Assembly: GCA_025937235.1 (NCBI GenBank)
Contig: JAICRU010000005.1
Span: 38-64,037 of the forward strand
Direction: 5' to 3'
DNA length: 64,000 bases
DNA from: Acidimicrobiia bacterium
GTDB lineage: Bacteria; Actinomycetota; Acidimicrobiia; Spongiisociales; ZC4RG35
The stretch's first letter is position 1, and every line of letters starts with the position of its first letter. Under the pieces are notes generated by a model, which saw nothing but the letters and a program-made list of their open reading frames with translations, did no database searches and had not been told where the DNA came from. Positions 17,812-27,688 of the stretch are shown here, in pieces. Both the position numbers and the translations under genes were made by a program.

Positions 17812-18798
17812 ATGCCAGCTGCTGAGACGCGTACCGAGAAAACCGAAAAGCCGCGTATCCGGCTTCATTCGAAGCTGACGGATGAGCGCGGGCGTCTCAC
17901 GACCGATCTGGTCTCCCAGTATCTGACCGCCATCGGTGAGTACGACCTCCTCACTGCGGAGCAGGAAGTCGAGCTGGCCCAGAAGATCGAGGGCGGAGAA
18001 GAAGCGGCCGAGAAGCTCGAGAACGGCGACTACACCGGAAAGAGGGAGGAGATGGAGCTTCGCCGTCTGGCCCGCCGCGGGTCCCAGGCCAAGGACGACT
18101 TCCTGACCGCCAACCTCCGTCTGGTCGTCGCCAATGCCAGACGCTACGCCAACACCTCCGGGATCGACTTCCTCGACCTGATCCAGGAGGGAAATCTGGG
18201 TCTGATCCGCGCCGTGGAGAAGTTCGACTGGCGCAAGGGGTTCAAATTCTCGACATACGCTACCTGGTGGATTCGCCAGGCGATCACGCGTGCCATCGCC
18301 GATAAGTCTCGGACCGTTCGAATCCCGGTGCACCTACATGACACCCTGGCCGCGGTGCGGGCAGCCCAGGCCTCCCTGAAGGCCGAATTGGGGCGCGACC
18401 CACGACCGGAGGAGATCGCTGAGGAGGCGGGGGTCACCGCGGACAAAGTCGAGCTGGCCCTCAGCGTCGCCGACACGGTCTCTCTCGAACAGCCCATTGG
18501 CGAGGACGGGGCTCAGCTTGGTGACTTCATCGAGGACGAGGACGCCGCCGATCCGGTGCAGATGACCGAGGAGATGGACGTCGCCAACTCGCTACGGGTC
18601 TCGATCGAGCGGCTGCCCGAGCGCGAGGGCAGGATTTTGGCGCTTCGTTATGGGTTCTACGACGGTGTGCCCCGAACCCTCGAGGAGATCGGGGACGAGT
18701 TCAACCTGACACGCGAGCGCATTCGCCAACTGGAGAAGCTGGCCCTGTGCCGTCTCCGCCACCCCTCTTTCGGGATTCGCGAAGCCGACCTCGTCTGA
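17812..18798 (+). CDS. Sigma-70 family RNA polymerase sigma factor with regions 1.2-4 (group 1/2-like)
   Basis: [53 protein letters not shown] covers regions 2.1-2.4. [29 protein letters not shown] is region 4.2. The start is taken at ATG 17812, preceded by AGGAGGA. Some positions deviate from typical primary sigmas. Confidence 0.85.
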   Translation: MPAAETRTEKTEKPRIRLHSKLTDERGRLTTDLVSQYLTAIGEYDLLTAEQEVELAQKIEGGEEAAEKLENGDYTGKREEMELRRLARRGSQAKDDFLTANLRLVVANARRYANTSGIDFLDLIQEGNLGLIRAVEKFDWRKGFKFSTYATWWIRQAITRAIADKSRTVRIPVHLHDTLAAVRAAQASLKAELGRDPRPEEIAEEAGVTADKVELALSVADTVSLEQPIGEDGAQLGDFIEDEDAADPVQMTEEMDVANSLRVSIERLPEREGRILALRYGFYDGVPRTLEEIGDEFNLTRERIRQLEKLALCRLRHPSFGIREADLV

Positions 18799-18827
18799 AG
18801 GATCGAGCCCTTATAACGTGGGCCCCG

Positions 18828-19202
18828 ATGAGACTCGCTGACCTGGTCAACGACTCGCCCTATGTGTGCGGCCCGGAGACGACGATCCTCGAGGCCGCAG
18901 TCGCCATGGAAGGCTCGGACCTGGGGTCGCTGGCCGTGGTCGAAGGGCGTGACCTCGTCGGTTTGATCACTGAGCGTGACATCCGTCGATCGGTGGCCGA
19001 AGACGTCGACCTCGCCTCAACAGTGTCATCGATAATGAGTGCAGATCCGGATACGTTCGATCCCGATCTCGACGTATGGGATGCGGCCGCGTGGATCGCG
19101 GAATCGGGCTATCGCCATCTCCCCGTCGTCGACGACGAGGGTGTCCTGCTCGGAGTGGTGTCGGTGCGGGACCTGCTCAAGGCGCTGGTCGAAACCGTCT
19201 GA
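18828..19202 (+). CDS. CBS-domain pair protein
   Basis: Two CBS-like repeats are present (LAVVEGRDLVGLITERDIRR; LPVVDDEGVLLGVVSVRDLLK). The protein is 124 aa from the internal Met. Confidence 0.75.
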   Translation: MRLADLVNDSPYVCGPETTILEAAVAMEGSDLGSLAVVEGRDLVGLITERDIRRSVAEDVDLASTVSSIMSADPDTFDPDLDVWDAAAWIAESGYRHLPVVDDEGVLLGVVSVRDLLKALVETV

Positions 19203-19217
19203 GACGACACCCGACCT

Positions 19218-21587
19218 TCAGCCGGTCGGTATCCAGACCAGCTTGAGCTCTACGACTCTCACATCCGTCTTCTCGAGTGAGATCTCCACCTCCTCGATCC
19301 CTATCTTCGCCGCGAACTCGTCCTCCAGGTCGGCCACCTCGACCTCCAGGTCGGCCCTGAGCTCCTCGAGGTCGGCCTGCTCTTCGGCGAGGGCAGCTCT
19401 CGCGTTCTCGGCCCTCTCTCGCGCCTCGCTGCTGGCGGAGCGGCGCCGAGCCGCCTGACCCAGTGGATTGGACCTCCCGCCTTTGCCGAGCAACATCCCG
19501 ATCAGGTCTCCGGCGCCCGACATCAGCTCTTCGGTCTGTTTCGAGCCCGCGGCGGCCTCCGTGTCGGCGACACGGTTCTCGGCCTTGGAGAGCGCAGCCT
19601 GTGCACGCTCCAGGCGGGCGCTGTGCTTGTCCCGGAGCCTGGCGATGGCCTCGTCGACTGCCTGTTCCGCCGCGGCCGTGACCCGCGTCGCGAAATCCTC
19701 CTCCGTTTCCCCGGGACGGGAGAACAGATCGAGCGCGTCGTTCTTGTACAGGGTCACCTTTCTCGAGCCGAGCAAGTGATTGGTCAGGTCCTTGCTCAGG
19801 TTCGTCCAGTACGTCTTGGTGTCGATGTCGACTTCGGGGAGGGAGAAGGTCGCCGATTCCGGTGATTCGCTGCGGAAGTCGCGAGGATCATGGTCGACCT
19901 CCATGACCGCCTCGGGCGTGAGTACCGGCCCGAGCGGGAACACGACAGCTTCGAACACCTCTTGATGGTTTACCGCGGCCTTGGTGTCGTCGTACAGCAG
20001 ATTGACCGTTGCTGTGACGGCTGGCCGGTAGTGGGAGGCGCTCGGGTCCGCCCCCACCTCGCCCGCCCACGTCGCGGCGGGATCGAGGAAGACGGACACC
20101 ACCCCCTCGGCCACTTTGGGTGGGATCGGCACCGTCGTCTCGATGGGAGCCTCCACTCCTGCCTTGGGCCCGGTTGAAGACGCGGCGGCGGCCTCGGTTC
20201 CTGGGCTGGTCTTCTTGCCTGCCATCAAGGTCGAGACGCGGTCCCGGGTCAGCGGGCCGGCCAGATAAGACATGGCAAACCTCGAGCTGAACAGGATTGG
20301 CTCGGGCGCCCTGGCCGATGCCATCACGAACTGACGCTTCTCCAGATCGGAGATCTGCTTGTCGACGAGCCCCACATCGACCTCGCCGGTCGCGCTGTCG
20401 ATCCCCTCCAGGATCCTCTTCTTGTCGTTCTCCGTCTGGAGACGGCCGATCATCCATGTCGCCGCGTTGGACATGGCCTTGTAGTCGAGGTCCACCGGGT
20501 TCTGGGTGGACAGTATGAGGCCTACCCCATGGGCCCTCGCTTGCTTGAGGATGGTGAGGATTGGCTTCTTCGAGGGTGGCTCGGCCGTCGGTGGGACGTA
20601 ACCGAACACCTCGTCCATGTAGATGAGGGCGCGCAGATCGGAGGTCCCGGGCTGGGTGCGGAACCAGGAGACCAATTTCGAGAACAGCAGCGTCACCACG
20701 AACATGCGCTCGGCGTCCGAGAGGTGGCTCAGATAGACGATCGCTGCCTTGGCCTTGTCCCCACCAGTGAGCATTTGTCCGATATCCAGGGGCACACCCT
20801 CGAGCCACGCGGCGAATGACGGGGAGGCCAGGAGGCCGTTGAGCCTTATGGCCAGCGCCATGCGGTCCTTCTCCGGGAAGAACGTGTCGACTTCGAAGAC
20901 CCCGAGCTTCCGGAATGGCGGCTGGGGAACCTGGCCAACCAGTGTCGCCAGATCGAGGTCCCGGCCTGCGCGCCAGAAACTCTCGATGATGGTGCTGAGG
21001 AGAATGTGCTCCGGGCCGGAAACCGGGTCTGACTCGACGCCGGCGAGTGAGAGCAGCGACGAGACGAACGCCTCGATCTCGTCGTTGATCAGCTCACCCT
21101 GGGTGCCCCAATCAAGGGCCGGAGCCTTCATCGAGCCGAGGACGTTGAGACCGATTCCGGCTCCAGAGCCGGGGGTGTAGATCGTCATCTCAGAGCCCTC
21201 GCGGAGCTGCCTCATTCGTTCTGGCGTGATCCCGGCGGCGGCGAGGCCCTCCTTCCATGAATTCGCCGTGTCGGCTGCCAACTGATCCGGGGTCACTCCC
21301 TGACGCTCCGCCTCGGCGTCGTCCACCCATGGCCTGAAGTCGGAGGCGGCGAGATCCGGGAAATTGAGTAGCAGGTTCCCCATGTCCCCCTTCGGATCGA
21401 GGATGAAGCAGGGGATCCCGTTGAGCAAGGCTTCCTCCAGGATCGTGATTGCCAAGCCGGTCTTGCCCGAACCGGTCATCCCGACGACGGCTCCGTGGGT
21501 GGTGAATTCGGAGCTGTCGAGGACGAAAGGCGTCTTGGGCTCTTCGATCTCGAAACCGATGAACAAGTGGCCCTTCTCGACTTCCAT
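19218..21587 (-). CDS. HerA/FtsK-superfamily P-loop ATPase (DUF87/DUF853-like) with long C-terminal beta-rich and coiled-coil extension
   Basis: HGAVVGMTGSGKTGLAITILEEALLNGIPCFILDPKGDMGNL is a Walker A followed by the HerA-type xxDPxGE/D motif. IYMDEVFGY is Walker B-like. The last ~170 aa are heptad-like and charged (RLERAQAALSKAENRV...EEQADLEELRADLEVEVADLEDEF). Confidence 0.7.
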   Translation of the reverse strand: MEVEKGHLFIGFEIEEPKTPFVLDSSEFTTHGAVVGMTGSGKTGLAITILEEALLNGIPCFILDPKGDMGNLLLNFPDLAASDFRPWVDDAEAERQGVTPDQLAADTANSWKEGLAAAGITPERMRQLREGSEMTIYTPGSGAGIGLNVLGSMKAPALDWGTQGELINDEIEAFVSSLLSLAGVESDPVSGPEHILLSTIIESFWRAGRDLDLATLVGQVPQPPFRKLGVFEVDTFFPEKDRMALAIRLNGLLASPSFAAWLEGVPLDIGQMLTGGDKAKAAIVYLSHLSDAERMFVVTLLFSKLVSWFRTQPGTSDLRALIYMDEVFGYVPPTAEPPSKKPILTILKQARAHGVGLILSTQNPVDLDYKAMSNAATWMIGRLQTENDKKRILEGIDSATGEVDVGLVDKQISDLEKRQFVMASARAPEPILFSSRFAMSYLAGPLTRDRVSTLMAGKKTSPGTEAAAASSTGPKAGVEAPIETTVPIPPKVAEGVVSVFLDPAATWAGEVGADPSASHYRPAVTATVNLLYDDTKAAVNHQEVFEAVVFPLGPVLTPEAVMEVDHDPRDFRSESPESATFSLPEVDIDTKTYWTNLSKDLTNHLLGSRKVTLYKNDALDLFSRPGETEEDFATRVTAAAEQAVDEAIARLRDKHSARLERAQAALSKAENRVADTEAAAGSKQTEELMSGAGDLIGMLLGKGGRSNPLGQAARRRSASSEARERAENARAALAEEQADLEELRADLEVEVADLEDEFAAKIGIEEVEISLEKTDVRVVELKLVWIPTG

Positions 21588-21639
21588 CGGCGAGAATATA
21601 TGAGATCGGATGGCGAGAGTAACCGGGTTCTAGTGGCCC

Positions 21640-22518
21640 CTAGACCTCCGGTGGGGGTCGGTAGTGGCCCGTGGTGAACTTCCCGTTCTCCACGTCGACC
21701 ACCCAGATCGAGCCCTTGGAGCAGTAGAAACGTGATTCCAGGGACAGCCCAGCCCACATCATGCGGTTGATCAGGGCGGGAATAACGTCGCCATGCGAGC
21801 AGATGACGGCGTTGGCGCCCACCACCCCGTCCACCAGGGCGTAGGTGGCGTCGAGATCGGGCTCCTCGGCAAGGAGGGGTGTGGTCTCGATCGGAGCCCC
21901 GATCATCTTGGCGAGCGGCTTGACGGTCTGGACACAACGCTCGTACGGGCTGGACAAGATGCGCTCGATGCCTGCCTCCGCCAGGGAGGCGGCGATCGCC
22001 TCGGACTGACGCCACCCTTTCTTGGTGAGCGACCGATTCTCGTCGTGGCCCTGCCATTTCGCCCTTTCGCCGGCGGTGGCGTGGCGGAGCAGGTACAAAG
22101 TGCCGGTCTGGGACAGGCTCTTCAGGTCCGTGCCTGCGATCAGCTCGCGGTCCTCTTGGTAGCTGAGACGTTCCATCGCTCGAGCTCTGGATAGCCATTC
22201 GATCGCGTCGACCTCCGAGTTCTTCTTGAAGGGCCTGCTGCGGGGGAGGGGGCGCATGGCGAACCAGGTCACCTCCTTGACGCCTCCCGACACCCGGTAG
22301 CGGGTGGCCCCGAGCGAGGCGACGATGCGACAGTGGCAGCCCGTCTCCTCCAGGACCTCCCGAATCGCAGTCTCCTCGGGCCCCTCCTTGCCATCGGCTT
22401 TGCCTTTGGGGAGGGTCCAGTCGTCGTACCGGGGACGGTGGGCGACCAGGATCCGGAGCTTGCCCTTGGGTGTCTTGCGGAAGACGACACCCCCGGCGGC
22501 TCGAACGAGTCGTGTCAC
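21640..22518 (-). CDS. Nudix hydrolase fused to histidine-phosphatase domain (MutT1-like architecture)
   Basis: The Nudix box is GKADGKEGPEETAIREVLEETG. The C-terminal half has LYLLRHATAG (RHG motif) and ICSHGD. The start is taken at GTG 22518 (VTRLVRAAGGVVF); the longer ORF N-terminus is Arg-rich and unconvincing. Confidence 0.75.
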   Translation of the reverse strand: MTRLVRAAGGVVFRKTPKGKLRILVAHRPRYDDWTLPKGKADGKEGPEETAIREVLEETGCHCRIVASLGATRYRVSGGVKEVTWFAMRPLPRSRPFKKNSEVDAIEWLSRARAMERLSYQEDRELIAGTDLKSLSQTGTLYLLRHATAGERAKWQGHDENRSLTKKGWRQSEAIAASLAEAGIERILSSPYERCVQTVKPLAKMIGAPIETTPLLAEEPDLDATYALVDGVVGANAVICSHGDVIPALINRMMWAGLSLESRFYCSKGSIWVVDVENGKFTTGHYRPPPEV

Positions 22519-22818
22519 GGCGGGGACTCTAGATGCGGCTGCCCCTACGTCTCCAAGTGATCGGCTCGTGTCATTTCGGCATCGGCGTCTGGAGCGGTCA
22601 GGTCGATGCTCACCGATCCGCAGCAGACACATACCCGGCGAAGGATCCCGGCCCCGACATTCCGTGGAGTGTCAAATCGATGGCTGCCACGGCGACAGGA
22701 CGACCGGCGATGCACCGTCGACGTATCTTCGGCACGAACATGGGTCATAGGCGATCCACAGGATCACGGACGGTGACGTGAAGTCAAGAATGGTCCCTGG
22801 CGGCATCACCTTGACTAG

Positions 22819-23355
22819 TCAGCCCTGGGCCAGGATTCGGTCCACGCCCTCGTCCACGGTCTCGACCCAGATGACATCGCCTTCGAATGCGCCCGAGTCG
22901 ACCATGGCTCGGGCCAGAGCTCTCCAACCCGACCCTACGGCGACACTGATCCGGGGTCGCGCGCCCGCCGTCCGCAGGATGTGATTGGTGTTCCAGGAGA
23001 TCAGGAGCTCGGCCGCGGTCCCGATCGATCCGGGCAGGGCGAGGGTGGCAGTCGATCTCTGCATCATGATGTCGATCCGGTTGGCCAGCGAGGTCGCCTC
23101 GATGACCTCGGCTACGAACGGGTTGGCGCCAGCCCGTCCCGGGAAGAGGTCCGGGGCGGTGACCCCGATGACATGGCCACCGGCATCGGCGGCACCACTC
23201 GATGCCGCCTCCATCGCGCCTCCGTAGCCACCGGTGACGACGGCATATCCTGCCCCGGCCAGCAGTTTCCCGGCCCGTCTGGCGTCTTCCCATTCGGTCG
23301 AGCCGGGCTCGGTCTGCGAGGAGCCGAACACTGCCACGGCGCCTTGCGGGATCAT
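22819..23355 (-). CDS. LOG-family (TIGR00725-like) Rossmann-fold nucleotide-binding protein
   Basis: AVFGSS, VVTGGYGGAMEAAS and LALPGSIGTAAEL match the LOG/lysine-decarboxylase-like family. The start overlaps the upstream gene's stop (ATGA at 23352-23355). Confidence 0.7.
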   Translation of the reverse strand: MIPQGAVAVFGSSQTEPGSTEWEDARRAGKLLAGAGYAVVTGGYGGAMEAASSGAADAGGHVIGVTAPDLFPGRAGANPFVAEVIEATSLANRIDIMMQRSTATLALPGSIGTAAELLISWNTNHILRTAGARPRISVAVGSGWRALARAMVDSGAFEGDVIWVETVDEGVDRILAQG

Positions 23356-25496
23356 CCCGCCAGGGTCTCCATGATCCCGGCCGTCACCCTGTCGGCGTCG
23401 ATCAGAGCGTGCTTCTCGATGGCGAATTGAGGCCAGGGCACATCGAAGCCCGTGACCCGCACGATCGGTGCCTGGAGGTCGTACATCGCCTTCTCGGCGA
23501 CCTCGGCGGCGACCTCGGCGGCCACTCCGGCCGACCGCTGCGGCTCCTGGACGAGCAGGAGCCGGCCTGTCTTCCTCACGGAGCCGAGCACGATCTCACG
23601 ATCCCAGGGGAAAAGGGTGCGCAGATCGATCACCTCCACAGATGCGTCGACTCTCCCCGCTGCCTCCAACGCCACCGGCACCATCCCGCCGTACGTGACC
23701 AATGTCAGATCTTCCCCTTGCTGTCTCACCCGGGCTCGTCCGATGGGCAGGGTGTAGTGGCCGGTGGGGACCTCCTCCCGGCTTGCTCGATAGAGGACTT
23801 TCGGCTCGAGGAAGACCACCGGGTCGTGCCCGGTCAGCGCGGCTGCCAGGAGCCCTTTGGCGTCCACCGCGGTGGAAGGGCACACCACGACGAGCCCGGG
23901 GGCATGGACGAAATATGCCTCCGGAGAGTCGCAGTGGTGCTCGTGGGCGCCAATCCCGGCCCCGTTGGGGAATCTGACCACGACCGGCACCTCTGAGGTG
24001 CCCCGGGTGCGGAAGCGGTATCTGCCCAGGTGGCTGACGATTTGGTCGAAGGCGGGGTAGACGAATCCATCGAACTGGATCTCGGCGACGGGGCGGGCCC
24101 CGGCCAGCGCCATCCCGACAGCGGTGCCGACGATGCCCGACTCGTTGAGTGGTGTGTCGATGACGCGATCCTCGCCATAGCGGGTCTGCAGGCCCTCGGT
24201 GACGCGGAAGACGCCGCCGCTGAGCCCGACATCCTCGCCGAGAACGAGGACGTTGGCGTCACGGTCCATGGCCTCGTCCATGGCGGCGTTGATCGCCTCG
24301 GCCATGGTCATGGCACGGGTGGGGCCCGATGGCACCTCGTCGTGCCCAATGGACCACAGGTCCTCGTCCTCGAACGTGGTCAGGGCCTCCCCGTGGGACT
24401 CCTGCATCGAGTGGAGCTGTTCCACGACGTGTGGCGGGATCTTGTGGAACCCGTGTCTGATCGCGTCTTGGCGACCCGGCAAAGGCTCTGCCTCGATCCC
24501 GGCGATGGCCGCGGCCACCAGATCCGTTGTCTCCATCTGCACTTTCTCGCCGACCGCCTCGTCCCACTCACCACGTTGTTGGAGAAACCCCCGCAGACGG
24601 TCGATCGGATCACGTCCACGCCACATTTCCTCTTCCTCGCGGGTCCGGTAGAGGGTGGGGTCGTCGGCAGTGGCATGAGGCCCGTAGCGGTAGGTCATCG
24701 CCTCGATGAGGGTCGGGCCGCCCCCGTTTCGCGCCTTTTCGATCGCCTGCCGCGTCGTCAGGAACATCGCGACCACGTCCATGCCGTCGACTCGAACGCC
24801 CTCGAATCCGTAGGCCCCGGCCTTCTGGGCGATCGTCTCTGAGGCCGTCTGCTTCTCGTAAGGGACCGAGATGGCATAGAGGTTGTTGGCGCAGATGAAG
24901 ACGGTTGGCGTCCGCCAAACGCCGGCGAAGTTCATCCCGGAGTGAAAGTCCACCTCCGAGGTCGCCCCATCCCCGAAGTACACGGCGGTGACGGTGTTCT
25001 CGCCGCGCAGCTTGGTCACGTACGAGTAACCGACCGCGTGGGGCAACTGGCTGGCAATCGGAACGGTCACGATGGCGGTGCGGTACTTCTCCATGTCCCA
25101 TCGGGCGTTGGGCAGCCCCTTCCAATAGGCGAGCAGCACATCGATGGGGAGACCCCTCGCCACCTGAACGCCGTGCTCCCGGTAAGAGGGGAAGACGAAG
25201 TCGCCCGGGTCCAGGGCCAGCGCCGAGCCGATCTGCACCGCTTCCTGGCCCTCCAACATGGCGTACGTCCCGATGCGCCCCTGACGCTGAAGCGCGAGCA
25301 TGCGCCTGTCCAGCTCCCGGGAGAGCACCATGTCGCGGTACATCCGCTGATAGAGGTCGGGATCGAGCCCGGGGTCCTCGCCGACCAACCGGCCGCCGTG
25401 ATCGATCACCTGAAGAGTGGTCGTCAATTCCGTCGAACCATACTTTCGCCGACCGTCCCGCCACCAGGCACCATCAACAGGTACCTTCTCACCCAT
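23352..25496 (-). CDS. 2-oxoacid dehydrogenase E1 component, fused alpha and beta subunits (TPP-dependent); start uncertain
   Basis: The alpha part has YFGDGATSEVDFHSGMNFAGVWRTPTVFICANNLYAIS (TPP motif). The beta part has VLVLGEDVG..GGVFRVTEGL and a transketolase-like C-terminus. The ORF extends to 25601, but that stretch overlaps the divergent aminotransferase. Confidence 0.8.
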   Translation of the reverse strand: MGEKVPVDGAWWRDGRRKYGSTELTTTLQVIDHGGRLVGEDPGLDPDLYQRMYRDMVLSRELDRRMLALQRQGRIGTYAMLEGQEAVQIGSALALDPGDFVFPSYREHGVQVARGLPIDVLLAYWKGLPNARWDMEKYRTAIVTVPIASQLPHAVGYSYVTKLRGENTVTAVYFGDGATSEVDFHSGMNFAGVWRTPTVFICANNLYAISVPYEKQTASETIAQKAGAYGFEGVRVDGMDVVAMFLTTRQAIEKARNGGGPTLIEAMTYRYGPHATADDPTLYRTREEEEMWRGRDPIDRLRGFLQQRGEWDEAVGEKVQMETTDLVAAAIAGIEAEPLPGRQDAIRHGFHKIPPHVVEQLHSMQESHGEALTTFEDEDLWSIGHDEVPSGPTRAMTMAEAINAAMDEAMDRDANVLVLGEDVGLSGGVFRVTEGLQTRYGEDRVIDTPLNESGIVGTAVGMALAGARPVAEIQFDGFVYPAFDQIVSHLGRYRFRTRGTSEVPVVVRFPNGAGIGAHEHHCDSPEAYFVHAPGLVVVCPSTAVDAKGLLAAALTGHDPVVFLEPKVLYRASREEVPTGHYTLPIGRARVRQQGEDLTLVTYGGMVPVALEAAGRVDASVEVIDLRTLFPWDREIVLGSVRKTGRLLLVQEPQRSAGVAAEVAAEVAEKAMYDLQAPIVRVTGFDVPWPQFAIEKHALIDADRVTAGIMETLAG

Positions 25497-26580
25497 GCCG
25501 AGGATCCGGCCCGACGTCGCCGCCATCGGCCCATACGTCCCGGGCCGGTCGATCGAGGAGGTCGCCGCCGACATCGGGATGGCACCCGGGGAGATCGTCA
25601 AGCTCGCTTCGAACGAGAGCCCGGATGGCCCGTTTCCGGGTGTTGTCGAGGCTGCGACGAAGGCACTGGCAGAAACGAGTCGCTACCCGGACGACGACCT
25701 CCGTGCCCTGACTGCGGCTCTGTCGGGGTTCCTCGGGGTCCGGGGCGATCATCTCTGGTTCGGCAGTGGGAGCGTCGGCCTGATCGGGCACATCGCCTCT
25801 GCGGTCGGCGGTCCCGGGACGAGCGCGGTCTATGCCTGGCCCTCCTTCATCATGTATCGCATCGCGACGCGTCTGGCCATGAGCGAGGCGGTCGAGGTCC
25901 CGCTCGACGACGATCACACCCATGACCTCCAGGGCATCCGGGCGGCGCTACGCCCGGACACCACCGTGGTCTATCTGTGCAATCCGAACAACCCGACAGG
26001 AACAGTCGTCAACGGCGAAGAGGTGTCGGCCTTCGTCGACTCGGTCCCTGAGCAGACCCTGGTTGTCATCGACGAGGCCTACCACGACTACGTCACCGAG
26101 CCGCGGTACGCAACCGCAATCCCTGAGGCGCTGCGACGGCCCAACGTGCTGGTGTTGCGGACCTTCTCCAAGATCTTCGCCCTTGCCGGGCACCGCGTCG
26201 GATACGCAGTTGGTATACCCGAGACCATCCTCGAGTTGCGCAAGGCCCAGCCCCCGTTCACCGTTGGTCAGGTCGCCCAGGCGGCCGCCACAGCGTCACT
26301 GCGTGACAGGGGTGAGCTCGACCGACGCAGGAAGGCCAATGCGGCAGCTCGCCATCAGCTTCAGGCCGTGCTGGCCGACCGCTCCCTTCCCCACACCGAC
26401 AGTCAGGCCAACTTCGTCTATTTCGAGCTGGCGGCTGGCGCCGAGGAGGCGTCCGGGCTCTTCACCCAGCGGGGTGTGATCGTGCGGCCCATGTCCGGTG
26501 GCTGGCTGAGGGTCACGGTCGGCTCTCTGGAAGAGAATCGCCGGTTCCTCGAGGCGTTGGACCAGATCCTGACTCTCTGA
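25495..26580 (+). CDS. hisC: Histidinol-phosphate/aromatic aminotransferase (class II PLP aminotransferase)
   Basis: IGPYVPGRS...VKLASNESPDGP, LCNPNNPTG, IDEAYHDY and RTFSKIFALAGHRVGY (PLP lysine) are present. Confidence 0.8.
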   Translation: MPRIRPDVAAIGPYVPGRSIEEVAADIGMAPGEIVKLASNESPDGPFPGVVEAATKALAETSRYPDDDLRALTAALSGFLGVRGDHLWFGSGSVGLIGHIASAVGGPGTSAVYAWPSFIMYRIATRLAMSEAVEVPLDDDHTHDLQGIRAALRPDTTVVYLCNPNNPTGTVVNGEEVSAFVDSVPEQTLVVIDEAYHDYVTEPRYATAIPEALRRPNVLVLRTFSKIFALAGHRVGYAVGIPETILELRKAQPPFTVGQVAQAAATASLRDRGELDRRRKANAAARHQLQAVLADRSLPHTDSQANFVYFELAAGAEEASGLFTQRGVIVRPMSGGWLRVTVGSLEENRRFLEALDQILTL

Positions 26581-26697
26581 TCACACCCGGCGGTAATGAG
26601 CCGGAGGAACCACTGTCGCCCTGAGCCCGCACCACGAGAATGTTCGATGTGGGGGAGGCCATTGGGCCCCCGTCGGTCGGAGAGGGCTCGAGGGCGG

Positions 26698-27684
26698 ATG
26701 GACAAGCATCGCATAGGTCAAGAGGCGGCCAGGCTGCTGCCACTCGCGCAAGACGTGCTGCGTCATTATCCGTTCCGCGTCAGGTCGGTGGAGCACCTCG
26801 CCACCCACTCCAACGTGCTCTATCGAGTCGTGACCTGGGATGGATTCCAGTGTGTGCTGAGGGTGGGGACCCCCGAGTCGAACTCACGCCAGAACATCGA
26901 CTACGAGGTCGCCTGGTTGTCCGCCCTGAATCGGGACACCGACCTCGAGGTCGTCTCCCCGATCAGCAACGATTACGGCTCGCTGGTGGTCGATGCCAGG
27001 GAGCCGGATTCGGACAGGACCAGGCCATGTGTGCTCTTCAGTTGGGTGCCAGGCGCACCCCTGGCCGAGGGGGCCGGGAGCTTCGGGTACCGACTCCTGG
27101 GCAGGGTGAGCGCTTCGCTCCAGGAGCACGGTCGCAAATGGCAGATCCCCAACCCCGATGGCATGCGCCGATGGGACCGGATCTTCTACTACGACCCGGT
27201 CAGCGACCCCGTGATCATCGAGAGCGCCCGGTTCGACCATCTCTTCGACTCCTACCGGCGCAACACGATCAGCCGGGCGGCCGAGCTTTGCCAGCATGTG
27301 ATCAAGAAAGCATGGGCCAATGGGCTCCCCCACGTGGTCCATGGTGACCTTCACGAGTGGAACGTCCATTTGATCCAGTCGCGTCTACATGCTTTCGACT
27401 TCGAAGACGTGATGATCGCCACCCCCGGCCAGGATGTGTCCGTCTGCCTCTATTCGTCACGGGCGAGCGAGCGACGCGACGAGATCAGGGCGGCCTACCG
27501 TCAAGGGTACGAGGAGATCGCACCCTGGCCGATCGAAGACGACGAGCAGTTGGACGGCTTTCACGCCGCACGGCAGATCCTGCTGATGAACTACGCGGCC
27601 CGCACCCTTCCCATGGGGGAGGCCGAGGATTATCTCGCCCAGGTGACTCCCTGGTTGAAACGGTACGTAGACCAGTACGGCTGA
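26698..27684 (+). CDS. Aminoglycoside/choline-kinase-like phosphotransferase family protein
   Basis: VVHGDLHEWNV (catalytic HxDxxxxN loop), FDFEDV (DFE/D metal motif) and an APH-like N-lobe are present. The start is at MDKHRIG. Confidence 0.65.
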   Translation: MDKHRIGQEAARLLPLAQDVLRHYPFRVRSVEHLATHSNVLYRVVTWDGFQCVLRVGTPESNSRQNIDYEVAWLSALNRDTDLEVVSPISNDYGSLVVDAREPDSDRTRPCVLFSWVPGAPLAEGAGSFGYRLLGRVSASLQEHGRKWQIPNPDGMRRWDRIFYYDPVSDPVIIESARFDHLFDSYRRNTISRAAELCQHVIKKAWANGLPHVVHGDLHEWNVHLIQSRLHAFDFEDVMIATPGQDVSVCLYSSRASERRDEIRAAYRQGYEEIAPWPIEDDEQLDGFHAARQILLMNYAARTLPMGEAEDYLAQVTPWLKRYVDQYG

Positions 27685-27688
27685 TGCG

